Virus record (IMG/VR): IMGVR_UViG_3300031983_000023
Location: 1 to 53,260 of that record
Source: a virus
Lineage: Duplodnaviria; Caudoviricetes
DNA: 53,260 bases
Strand: one strand, 5' to 3'
A program made the position numbers and the translations under genes. Below are positions 18,889-27,276 of this stretch, piece by piece (the first letter of the stretch is position 1; each line of letters opens with the position of its first letter). The notes beneath the pieces are model-generated. The model was given only the letters and a program-made list of their open reading frames with translations. It searched no databases and was not told the origin of the DNA.

Positions 18889-19852
18889 GCTCTACCCCCT
18901 TGAACAGTAGTAGTAGCTCGTCCATGCTCTTGTAGATGGCGCTCATCACGTGAGACGCGTCTGCCGAACCGTTCCGAGCGTTTAAGGCCCTGGCGACGCC
19001 GGGGCCGGGCTCCTCCCCCTCGAAGATGGGGGCCGCGCCCAACACAAGCGGGACCATGAGGGACTTGAACTCGTCGAACAATACGCCGAGCAGTTCTCCC
19101 TTGTCCCCTTCCCCGGAGTTCATGACCTCGCGGATCATTTCCTCCAGGGCGTCCTGAACTTGGTACCGTCTGCGGAAGTAGGAGTCCTTGATCTCCCCCT
19201 CTTCGAGCCGGTTCCTGATCTTGCTGTGAATCGTCCCCTCCAGCGGCAGCTCCTCGCCCAGGGCCTTGTAGACGGCGTTCGCCACGGAGTCGGTGTAGGC
19301 CGGCCGGGGGGTCAGGATCACCCCGTCCAGGAACACCTTGTCCATGACCCGCTGGCCCTCGCGCGACACGAGGATTATGCTCTCCGGCGGGCAGTCCCCC
19401 TCCACGCTGAAGCCCTTCTGCCTGGGATAGCGGTACGGCGGCAGCCCCTTGACCTGGCGCCACTCCTTGCTCGCTATCTCGCGGGCCCTCTGATCCACCG
19501 GATCGTGCTCGTCGTACAGCCGGAACTCGGTGTGCCAGTCCCCGTTTTCCAGTATATCCCCCGCCACCAAGATGCCTATGTCCCCGGAAGCCGCTATGCC
19601 GTGGAGATCCGGGTAGAGCAGCACGTCGCCCCTGTTGGCCTGCTCCATAAAGAAGTCGATGGCCTTCTGCGTCATGCGCTCCCCGTGGGAATCCCACCTG
19701 GGGCCGGAGGTCACGCCCCCGAGGTACTTTCGCTTCACTCCGGAGGAGTCGGCCTTTTCGACCGCGTGTCCGCCGGAGTCGAAGTTGTAGGGGTGAAAGT
19801 GGAAGTGGACCCGGAGGCCCTCGGCCTGCCGGACCGTTGAAAGGTCTGTCAT
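18875..19852 (-). CDS. Prohead protease
   Basis: DSHGERMT, conserved His, GFSVEG (catalytic Ser) and GVILTPRPAY motifs of HK97-type maturation proteases. Confidence 0.8.
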   Translation of the reverse strand: MTDLSTVRQAEGLRVHFHFHPYNFDSGGHAVEKADSSGVKRKYLGGVTSGPRWDSHGERMTQKAIDFFMEQANRGDVLLYPDLHGIAASGDIGILVAGDILENGDWHTEFRLYDEHDPVDQRAREIASKEWRQVKGLPPYRYPRQKGFSVEGDCPPESIILVSREGQRVMDKVFLDGVILTPRPAYTDSVANAVYKALGEELPLEGTIHSKIRNRLEEGEIKDSYFRRRYQVQDALEEMIREVMNSGEGDKGELLGVLFDEFKSLMVPLVLGAAPIFEGEEPGPGVARALNARNGSADASHVMSAIYKSMDELLLLFKGVEHVAS

Positions 19853-19867
19853 TCAGTCCTCGATAAA

Positions 19868-19896
19868 AGTGTAGGGCCTGGCGTGCTTCCCGTCAA
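19868..19896 (-). promoter_or_regulatory. Sigma70-like promoter for the protease-scaffold-capsid operon
   Basis: TTGACG-N17-TACACT on the minus strand. Confidence 0.6.
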
Positions 19897-19910
19897 GCCC
19901 GTTTTTGCCG

Positions 19911-20732
19911 TCAATCGCCCGGCCGCTGATACCATCTCGGCGGGGCCTCCTCGGGCTTCCTCGGCATGGAGATGATCACGTCGAAGTCGCAGTGGCAGTT
20001 GATCACCTCCCCGGCGTCCGCCTCCGGGTCGTGCGGGTACATTATCCGCACCCCGTTGCCGAGAACGAACGGCTCCTCGAGCTCCGCCTCCTGGCCGTCG
20101 ATCGCCATGTGGTGCTCCCTGGGCGTCTTGCTCAGGCTCCTGTTGTGCTTCCATCGCTTGAGGAACCATGCCTTCTCGTTTTTCTTTCGGAGGGCCTTGA
20201 CGTACTCCCACTTGATGTTGTCCGCCGCGGAGCGCACCTCCGTGACGGCTATGTCGTGGACGTTCGCCGGGATGCCATAGCTGGGGTCCCGCTTCGTGTA
20301 GTTCCAGAAGGTCTTGGTGATCCTTCCCTCGAACTGCTCCACCAGCTCCGGGTTGATCCTTCCGGCCGCCACGCCCCTGCGCGTGATGAAAGACTGCTTG
20401 CCGGTCTTGTCGAACTCCTGGAGCGTGTCGCGGAGGTTCGCGGTCAGGGAGTCCCTCAGCTCGTCGGTGAGCCTCTTGCCTCGCTCCGCCGCCTTCCGGA
20501 TGAACACGCTCCGCTTCGGCAGGGCTTCCGAAATGTCGGGCAGCACGAACCGCTTCTGCACCCCCTTGGGAAACCTGCGGACGGCCCTCTCGTAATGGTC
20601 CTTGCTTATCCTCGCCGTGGCCCTCGCTATGTTGCCGGAGTTGACGTCTATGATCTGGCGCATCAAGTCCTGGAGCGCCCCGCCGGTGTAGCCGTACTTG
20701 CGCCTCAGCCTGTCGAGGTAGAACTTCGCCAT
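19911..20732 (-). CDS. Head morphogenesis protein (SPP1 gp7 / Mu F-like)
   Basis: IAVTEVRSA, PREHHMAIDGQ and YPHDP...EVINCHC motifs. Confidence 0.8.
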   Translation of the reverse strand: MAKFYLDRLRRKYGYTGGALQDLMRQIIDVNSGNIARATARISKDHYERAVRRFPKGVQKRFVLPDISEALPKRSVFIRKAAERGKRLTDELRDSLTANLRDTLQEFDKTGKQSFITRRGVAAGRINPELVEQFEGRITKTFWNYTKRDPSYGIPANVHDIAVTEVRSAADNIKWEYVKALRKKNEKAWFLKRWKHNRSLSKTPREHHMAIDGQEAELEEPFVLGNGVRIMYPHDPEADAGEVINCHCDFDVIISMPRKPEEAPPRWYQRPGD

Positions 20733-20947
20733 CAGGCACTCCTGATGATGCCGTACACCTTGGCCTCGACCTCCTGGCGGATGATCCTTCTCGCCCTAGC
20801 CATCGCCAGGGGGTTGGCCGCCACTTCCGGATAGGTTCGGACGAACAATAGCACTGCCCCGCGGAACAGGGTCCCCGCCTCGTCGGCCTTCGCCTTCTCG
20901 CGGAGCTTCCGGGTGTTGACTTTCGTCTTTTCCCGACGCCCCCTCAT
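20732..20947 (-). CDS. Hypothetical protein
   Basis: 71 aa, coupled to both neighbours. Confidence 0.5.
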   Translation of the reverse strand: MRGRREKTKVNTRKLREKAKADEAGTLFRGAVLLFVRTYPEVAANPLAMARARRIIRQEVEAKVYGIIRSA

Positions 20948-21801
20948 TTATTCTGCCACTTTTTCATGGCCCGCTGGAACGCCTCGTCGGAAGGAAAGTT
21001 TTCCCTCTCCGGCTTCTTGGGCGGCGCGCCCCTGCCCGTCGCCCCTCTTCCTTCCGGGCCCGATCCGTCCGGAACCCCGCGCGTCCCGATCTTTCCCTTC
21101 GCAGTCTTGGACAGCGCCACCCTGCAGACCATCCCGGCCTGGGCCTTGGTCAGGCCCTTGACGTCCGCCATGTACTTCTCGCAGCCGACGTTGGCGTCCT
21201 TGAACGTGCCGTCCTTGTTGAAGTAGTCGGCCCTCTTGTAGTCCTTGTCCTTCGGCTTCCCGACGGCCAGGTCCTCGGCCTTCTTCTTGATCTTGGTTTT
21301 TCCGGCCACGCCCTCGGCCGCCTTTTTCTTGTCCTTCACGATCCCGGAGGATCCGCCGGCGGACTTCGCGAGCCTGGAAATCTCGTGGGAGTGGCCCGCG
21401 GCCTCCCTGACCGCGTAGGCCGCGATCTCGTGCTCGTGCGGCTGGGCCCCTCCGCCCAGGGACATGAGAATCGTCGAGGTCGTCCTGCCGTTGCCCTCCG
21501 CGTCCACCTCGAACGGGTGGGCGTGCTGCACCTCCGTGGAGGTGATCGCCTTTGCCACCCTGCCGTCGGTGATCTCCATGGCATGGTAGGCCTCGAAGAG
21601 TTCCTTGACCTTCCCCGCGCCCTTCTTGACTGCCACCACGAGCTCCGCCTTCTTGGCCTCCCGCCACTGGCTGAAGCAGGCGGCCAGCTTCTTGTCCTGG
21701 GACCAGTCCGGCTTCGTGTCGCTAATCTCGCTCATGCACCGGCCGACAAAATCGTTCTGCTTCTCGCCCGCCGCCGGCGTGCACTTTTTTTCGACCTTCA
21801 T
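20944..21801 (-). CDS. Hypothetical head-module protein with His-rich segment
   Basis: N-terminal P..GE...DF..RCM motif, HAH/HEH/HSH triplet, basic C-terminus. Confidence 0.6.
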   Translation of the reverse strand: MKVEKKCTPAAGEKQNDFVGRCMSEISDTKPDWSQDKKLAACFSQWREAKKAELVVAVKKGAGKVKELFEAYHAMEITDGRVAKAITSTEVQHAHPFEVDAEGNGRTTSTILMSLGGGAQPHEHEIAAYAVREAAGHSHEISRLAKSAGGSSGIVKDKKKAAEGVAGKTKIKKKAEDLAVGKPKDKDYKRADYFNKDGTFKDANVGCEKYMADVKGLTKAQAGMVCRVALSKTAKGKIGTRGVPDGSGPEGRGATGRGAPPKKPERENFPSDEAFQRAMKKWQNK

Positions 21802-21818
21802 TACCCCCTCCTGTCCTA

Positions 21819-22031
21819 CTACTTTTCCCGCCCCTCGAACAGGGCGGACGCTTCCGCCATCACCTGGTCCAGCGACCAGCCCTCCTTGACGGCCCTGTCC
21901 AGCAGGTCCAGGGCCCGCTCCTCGGCGACCTTGTAGAAGGCCACCAGGTCCAGCTCCAGGCTGGCTTTGAGCTTCTCGGCCTCCGTCCTGGTTATCGCCC
22001 TGTCGCCGATCTCCCGCACTGTCTTGATCAC
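21819..22031 (-). CDS. Hypothetical protein
   Basis: 70 aa after the portal. Confidence 0.55.
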   Translation of the reverse strand: MIKTVREIGDRAITRTEAEKLKASLELDLVAFYKVAEERALDLLDRAVKEGWSLDQVMAEASALFEGREK

Positions 22032-22034
22032 TGC

Positions 22035-23576
22035 TTAGCGCCGCCTCGAGCCCTGGGTGAAGATGGGCTCCTCCTCCGTCCCCGCCGGCGCCTGCGGCTG
22101 CTGCGCCTCCCCCGGCCTGTCGTACTTCTCGTCCGGGAAGGGGTCCTCGCCGAGGAAGTCGGTCCTAATCTGGTTGACGCCGTACAGCCCGCTCCTGGCC
22201 CGCTCCGAGTTGAGCTTGATCTCCTCGAACTCCGACAGCCCGCTCTTGTACTGCATCCTGTAGCCGGTGCCGAATCGGAAGGGGATTATCTCGTAGTTGA
22301 AGAAGTCCTCGTGCAGCTTCATGACGGGGAAGATCCCGCGGCTCCGGTCGATCCTCTCCTCGCTCTCGGAGGTCGCCCTTCCGGAGGTGTCGGCGGAGCC
22401 GGTGAGGTTCATCTCCAGGTTGCTCATGTTGAACACCAGGGCGATGTCCTCTTTTATCTGCTGCTGCCTCCCGGTGTAGTAGGGGAACGTGTCGGACTTG
22501 GTCAGGTTGACCACCTTCGGCTCGGTGCTCCCGAGCCCGCTCAGCACCTTGACGGCGCCCTTGCGGACCTCGTTCACCAGGGTCTCGATGCGCTTCTGCT
22601 CTTTCTCGTCCAGGGGGACGTCGAGGTTCTGGTCCAGGTCCCCGAACGGCGCCTTCTCGGAGAAGATCACCAGGAGCTCCGGGGGCTTGGTGCCGTCGGC
22701 CTGCTCGGCGCTCAAGCGGTCGAACATCATGGACTCCGCCAGCTTGTTGATCAGGGCGTCCAGCGGGACGAACCCGTAGTCCTGCGCGGAGGACGGGATG
22801 TAGGTTATGTAGGTGAGCTCGTCGGGGCCGTATATCTGCACCTCCTGGGCGGCCGGGACCACCTGGGCGTACAGCTCCGCGCTCCCGACGTACCGGCCCT
22901 TCATGGGAACCACGGTGCCGCCGGGGAGCATGTAGAAGTTCTCGAGCCTCTTGTCCCTGGCCTCCTTGTAGACGGAGACCGAGCCCTGGACGAGCAGGTC
23001 GAACACCGACTTTTTCTGGAAGGTTCCGAAATTGTCCCTCTGGTTGGGCTGCTGCAGCCAGTCCTCTATTTCCGTGGATCTGTCCTCGTGGCGCTCCTTG
23101 ATCCGCCTCTTCCAGCGGTACAGGGCGGAGTTGAAGTTCGAGAGGTCGGGGAGGAGCTCGGGGAGCTGCATGATCAGCTGCCGCATGAACAGCGCCCTGG
23201 TGACCATCGCCCTGCGGTCCGCCACGCCTTCGTACTCCTTGGCGATTTCCTTCCAGTCCTTCATGGCCGCGGCGACCCTATCCTCGACCTTGCTCTCCGG
23301 GACCACGGTCCACTCCAGCGCCGCTATGCGGTTCATCCTGGACGTCACGATTCCCATGACCGCGGAGCAGCTCTGGAATATCTGGACCCTCTCCATGGGG
23401 TCGAGGCTGAACACGGGCCGCTGGTAGGTGCCCGTTATGATCTGCCCTTCCTTCCACCTCCCCGTCACCCTCATGAGTTCCGAGATGTGGTAGACCGAAA
23501 GGCCCCTGTGCCCTGGCTTCCTCCGGAGGGAGGAGACGATCTGCTCCGCCGTGACGGCCATGTATGCCATGCTCAC
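22035..23576 (-). CDS. Portal protein
   Basis: 513 aa. QPNQRDN, YGFVPLDAL, IALVFNMS and GLYGVNQIR portal motifs. Confidence 0.88.
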   Translation of the reverse strand: MSMAYMAVTAEQIVSSLRRKPGHRGLSVYHISELMRVTGRWKEGQIITGTYQRPVFSLDPMERVQIFQSCSAVMGIVTSRMNRIAALEWTVVPESKVEDRVAAAMKDWKEIAKEYEGVADRRAMVTRALFMRQLIMQLPELLPDLSNFNSALYRWKRRIKERHEDRSTEIEDWLQQPNQRDNFGTFQKKSVFDLLVQGSVSVYKEARDKRLENFYMLPGGTVVPMKGRYVGSAELYAQVVPAAQEVQIYGPDELTYITYIPSSAQDYGFVPLDALINKLAESMMFDRLSAEQADGTKPPELLVIFSEKAPFGDLDQNLDVPLDEKEQKRIETLVNEVRKGAVKVLSGLGSTEPKVVNLTKSDTFPYYTGRQQQIKEDIALVFNMSNLEMNLTGSADTSGRATSESEERIDRSRGIFPVMKLHEDFFNYEIIPFRFGTGYRMQYKSGLSEFEEIKLNSERARSGLYGVNQIRTDFLGEDPFPDEKYDRPGEAQQPQAPAGTEEEPIFTQGSRRR

Positions 23577-23591
23577 CCCCGTTTGCTTTGG

Positions 23592-23620
23592 ATTATACTA
23601 CCCGCACGTCCGGGCCGCAA
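23592..23620 (-). promoter_or_regulatory. Promoter upstream of the portal
   Basis: TTGCGG-N17-TATAAT. Confidence 0.55.
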
Positions 23621-23627
23621 GCCCGGG

Positions 23628-24092
23628 TCAGGGTTTCAGGAGCCTGTCCGCCGTCCACCTCTCGAACGTGTCGAACACCGCGTCGACCCATTCGCCCTTG
23701 AATCGGTAGCCCCGCTCGTCTATGTAGATGAACGCCACCGGCTTGATGCAGGTTACTCTGTCCACCTCTATGCCGTTCACCTGCAAGTACTTTCTGACGG
23801 CCCCCATGCCCTCCGACGTGCCGCACCTCACCGAGTGCACCACCACCTCGAACACGGTCCGCAGGGTTCTCACCGCCTCCGCCACGTCCTCGACCGGCGG
23901 GTCCGGAATCCGATCCGTCCCCTGCCAGCCGGACGTGTAGCTGTGGATCACCCCGTCGAAGTCCAGGGCGACGACCCTCCTTGTTTTCTTTGTGCCGGAA
24001 GGAACCATGCCGAACCTGTACCCGCACTCGCAGAGCAGCTCCGGCGAGTCCCCCGCCAGCCTCAGCGCCTTGTCGCACTTCGGGCATTTCAT
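23628..24092 (-). CDS. HAD-superfamily phosphatase with N-terminal Zn ribbon
   Basis: VVALDFDGVIHSY (motif I) and KP...YIDER (motifs III/IV). Confidence 0.8.
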   Translation of the reverse strand: MKCPKCDKALRLAGDSPELLCECGYRFGMVPSGTKKTRRVVALDFDGVIHSYTSGWQGTDRIPDPPVEDVAEAVRTLRTVFEVVVHSVRCGTSEGMGAVRKYLQVNGIEVDRVTCIKPVAFIYIDERGYRFKGEWVDAVFDTFERWTADRLLKP

Positions 24093-24134
24093 CCTGCGCC
24101 CCTTCCCTCTACGTCGTTTCGCTTCCCCTCTCCT

Positions 24135-24566
24135 TTACGTCGGCTCCCCTCCCCTCTCGTAGTAAGGCTTTGGCCGGCCCTCGTTTCTCGCCACGCCGGC
24201 GTCGGCCCAGAACAGCGCCTCCTCCAGCTTCCGCAGGGCCACGGATTTCTCCCGGCCGGGCGGCACCTCGTCGTCTATCACCCCCGCCATCTGCCTGACC
24301 GACATCCGCAGCCTCGCTATGCTTATGCCCTGGCTCTCGCCGATGGCATGCGTGTCGAACCTCTTGAGAATCTCCTCCCTGCGATCCCGCGGATCGAGTG
24401 TGCTCCCCTTGCCAACCCGCAGTGGATCCATCGCCTCCGCGCTCGGCGGCCCCGGCCTCGGCCTCGCCGTCTCCGGTTTCGACAAGTTCTCCGACTCCAC
24501 GTTGTCACCGCCTTTCTGCATCCGGCTCTTTCCGAACCGTAGTCCTGCTTCTCTGTCTTTGTCCAT
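24135..24566 (-). CDS. Acb2/Tad1-like hairpin protein (putative anti-defence nucleotide sponge)
   Basis: GAGGAGGAAGGA RBS. C-terminal RFDTH...PPGREKSVALRKLEEALFWADAGVARN. Confidence 0.65.
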   Translation of the reverse strand: MDKDREAGLRFGKSRMQKGGDNVESENLSKPETARPRPGPPSAEAMDPLRVGKGSTLDPRDRREEILKRFDTHAIGESQGISIARLRMSVRQMAGVIDDEVPPGREKSVALRKLEEALFWADAGVARNEGRPKPYYERGGEPT

Positions 24567-24580
24567 TCCTTCCTCCTCAC

Positions 24581-25177
24581 CTATTCGTTCTGAATGTCCC
24601 GCATGTTCGCCAGGCTTATTTCCGTCGCTCCGCGCGCCCGGCGCAGCCGCCCCAGTCCCTTTGATTCCAGCTGCCTGATTCTGTTGCCGGTTACGTTGTA
24701 TATCTGCCCTATCTCGTCCAGCGTCTTTTGCTCCCCCTCCAGGCCGAACCGCAGCTTGATTATTTCCGCCTCTCGCGGAGGAAGCGTGTCGAGCACGGCC
24801 ATCAACTCCTCGCCGACCTGTCCCCGGCTCGCGGCGATTTCCGTCCCCCACAGCCGCAGCCTTTCCCTGGGAGCTTCTATCTGCGAAAAAGGGATTTCCA
24901 GCACGGCCCTCGTTTCCTTGAACCCGTACAACTCATCGGGAAAAAGGTCCTCCTTGAGCATCTTGAAATGGTCGCCCAGTCTGACCGCCTGCAGGCAGTA
25001 TGCCTCGTCCTTTTTCCTGGCCTTCCGTTTCAGGTTCAGCAGCTTTCCTATGGCAACCTGATTCCCCACCCCCGGGTTGGCCTCCACGAATTGGCTGACC
25101 GAACTGTAGCGGTCGAAAATGCAGTGCCACAAAACGTTGTTCCTTAGCCTCGCCTCCAGCCTGATCGGCTTAATCAT
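24581..25177 (-). CDS. Sigma-70 region 4 domain protein with N-terminal HTH (putative late regulator)
   Basis: LDTLPPREAEIIKLRFGL...TLDEIGQIYNVTGNRIRQLESKGLGRLR. Confidence 0.85.
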   Translation of the reverse strand: MIKPIRLEARLRNNVLWHCIFDRYSSVSQFVEANPGVGNQVAIGKLLNLKRKARKKDEAYCLQAVRLGDHFKMLKEDLFPDELYGFKETRAVLEIPFSQIEAPRERLRLWGTEIAASRGQVGEELMAVLDTLPPREAEIIKLRFGLEGEQKTLDEIGQIYNVTGNRIRQLESKGLGRLRRARGATEISLANMRDIQNE

Positions 25178-25189
25178 ATCGCTCTCCTC

Positions 25190-26761
25190 TCACCTCGCCA
25201 TCGCCAGGATACGCCTGGCGACGAGCATGTATGCTATGGCGTGCAGGTAGTGGTCCGGGTCGTCGCCGGCCCAGACGTACTTGCCCCGCCTCTCGTCGTA
25301 GACCCTGGTCAGCGCCCCGAGGTGCTCCCGCAGCTCCGGCATTTCCTCCGCCTCCCTGGGCAGCACGAGCTCCCCGGTGAGCAGGGCCTCCTTGACCGCG
25401 TCGATCGTCTGCGTCCTCTCCACGGTTATGATCTTGTGCGCCCCGTCCACTATGTCCCGCTTGACTTCGCCGTAGAAGCAGTAGAATCCGCCCCGGAAAC
25501 TCCTGGCGAACTTCTTGGACAGCCGCCCCTCCGGGAGGGCGTCGATCACCCCGGCGACGCACCTGTACTGCCTGTACAGCCCGGCCAGCTCGGAGAAGTC
25601 CTCCACCTCCCCGGAGCCGAAGGAGCGCAGGAGCCTCACCACCAACCTGGAACCCTGGACTTCCCCGATCGCCACGTACATGGCGTTGCCCACGTCGCAG
25701 CCCAGCAGGCACCTGCCCTTCCCCGGGCCCATGGTGTGATCCCCGACCTCCCCTGCATCCAGGGAAATCTTTGCCCCGGAGGCCTCGTAGGGCAGCCCGA
25801 GGTCGCCGTTGTAGAACCTCTGCATAACGCTGTCGTTGACCAGGCCCTTCTCGAACCTCTCGAGCAGCTCGGCGACTCGCACTTTCGTGCTGAACATCTT
25901 CGAGATGTGGTACCCCGAGCCTACGCCCCGCTCGTTCGTCCTGACCCAAGCCCCCTCCGCGTACCTGTCCAGCTCCTTGCCGCACTCGCAGATCACCCGT
26001 ATGTCCCTGCTCCCCTCGCGATCCCACCTCTTGTCGATCACCGCGTAGTCCCCAGTATCGAGCCTCTGGACCACGTGCTTGAAGAAATCCGGATACACCC
26101 AGCGGCCGCACGCCTGGCACTTAATGTTCCACTGCTTCCGGTCGCTCGCCCTGTACAGCGCAGCCATGCCGTGGCCCGAGACGGAGGGCTGCCCGACCCT
26201 CGTCTCCGTCTTGTCCTCCGCCGCGCTCAGCCTCTCCACGGCCATGTTGAGGTTGCCCTGGTCGCACTCGTCCAGCTCGTCCACCACCAGGTCGTCCGCG
26301 GGGTACTCGGTGAAAACGCTCGTGGTGTTTGATCCGGCGAAGGCTATGCTCCCTATCCCGAGATGCTTGAGGTACATGCTCTCCGACTGCTTGGTTGTCA
26401 TCATCCTGGAGGCCCGGAGTACTTCCTTATAATAGGCAGTGAACTCTATCGTCCGGTCGACTCGATTCTTGACGAAGCGGCTCGCGAGCTGGAAGGTGGG
26501 CATAACGTAAAAAACCGCCCTCCCGTCTATGGCCGGGGTGATTGCCTTCATGCCGAGCAGCCATTCCGACGCCCCATTTTGCGTCGCCTTCTGGAGCACC
26601 ACCAGCGGGCTGTCGTCCGTGTAGAGCGCCTTGAGATACACCCTGCCCCGGAAGTCAAGCCTCTTATCCCTGTGAGTCCGGTGGTGCCGCAAGACAGCCC
26701 TCACCCGCCGGTTCGACTTTGCGAGCCCCTCGTCAATCCTTGCCTTTTCTCCGACGAGCAT
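25190..26761 (-). CDS. terL: Terminase large subunit (lambda GpA-like)
   Basis: KATQNGASE Walker A variant, VVDELD Walker B, CQAC/CEC Zn motif, LGCDVG and DHYLHA nuclease motifs. Confidence 0.9.
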   Translation of the reverse strand: MLVGEKARIDEGLAKSNRRVRAVLRHHRTHRDKRLDFRGRVYLKALYTDDSPLVVLQKATQNGASEWLLGMKAITPAIDGRAVFYVMPTFQLASRFVKNRVDRTIEFTAYYKEVLRASRMMTTKQSESMYLKHLGIGSIAFAGSNTTSVFTEYPADDLVVDELDECDQGNLNMAVERLSAAEDKTETRVGQPSVSGHGMAALYRASDRKQWNIKCQACGRWVYPDFFKHVVQRLDTGDYAVIDKRWDREGSRDIRVICECGKELDRYAEGAWVRTNERGVGSGYHISKMFSTKVRVAELLERFEKGLVNDSVMQRFYNGDLGLPYEASGAKISLDAGEVGDHTMGPGKGRCLLGCDVGNAMYVAIGEVQGSRLVVRLLRSFGSGEVEDFSELAGLYRQYRCVAGVIDALPEGRLSKKFARSFRGGFYCFYGEVKRDIVDGAHKIITVERTQTIDAVKEALLTGELVLPREAEEMPELREHLGALTRVYDERRGKYVWAGDDPDHYLHAIAYMLVARRILAMAR

Positions 26762-27194
26762 TCGCCTCCCCCGCCTTCGTCTTGGGTTTCCGCAGGGCTT
26801 CCGGTTCGATGAAAAACTGGGATAGCAGCTCCCCGTACCACTCCTCGTCCTCTGCAGATAGCTCCATGTCATAGCTCAGGTTGACCAGCCGTCCTTCCAC
26901 GCTCACGTTCAGCTGAGGCAGCCCGTCGAGATAGTTCATGAAAAGGCGCTGCGCCGCCACGTTTCCCTTGATCACTTCCTGAAACATCGACCGGATGAAC
27001 ATTTCTTTTCGCTTCACCAGGACGGTGTGCATTCTCTTGCCCTTGCCGACTTCTATCTCCTGGGAGCCGTCCAGGTACTCCCGGATCATGTCGGTATAAG
27101 TCCGCCCCTTCTTTGGCCTTCCCGCGGGATTGCCGCTTGTACCAGGCGGCCAGGGCCGGCCCCTGGGTTTCCCTTCCTCTGGTATGTTCTCCAT
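26733..27194 (-). CDS. terS: Terminase small subunit
   Basis: GRPWPPGTSGNPAGRPKK N-terminus; directly upstream of TerL. Confidence 0.8.
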   Translation of the reverse strand: MENIPEEGKPRGRPWPPGTSGNPAGRPKKGRTYTDMIREYLDGSQEIEVGKGKRMHTVLVKRKEMFIRSMFQEVIKGNVAAQRLFMNYLDGLPQLNVSVEGRLVNLSYDMELSAEDEEWYGELLSQFFIEPEALRKPKTKAGEANARRRKGKD

Positions 27195-27276
27195 TTTTCC
27201 CCTCTTGCTATTCTCCCGCTGTTTTACAACGGCGGTTTAAACGGTGACGGTTTTCGCTTTCGCAGGTTCGCCGCCA

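Noticed and set aside
292-26332. Many long plus-strand ORFs (e.g. 1411-3618, 9664-11028, 22311-24542)
   Set aside because: Antisense shadows of GC-rich minus-strand genes, with no recognisable motifs or RBS.
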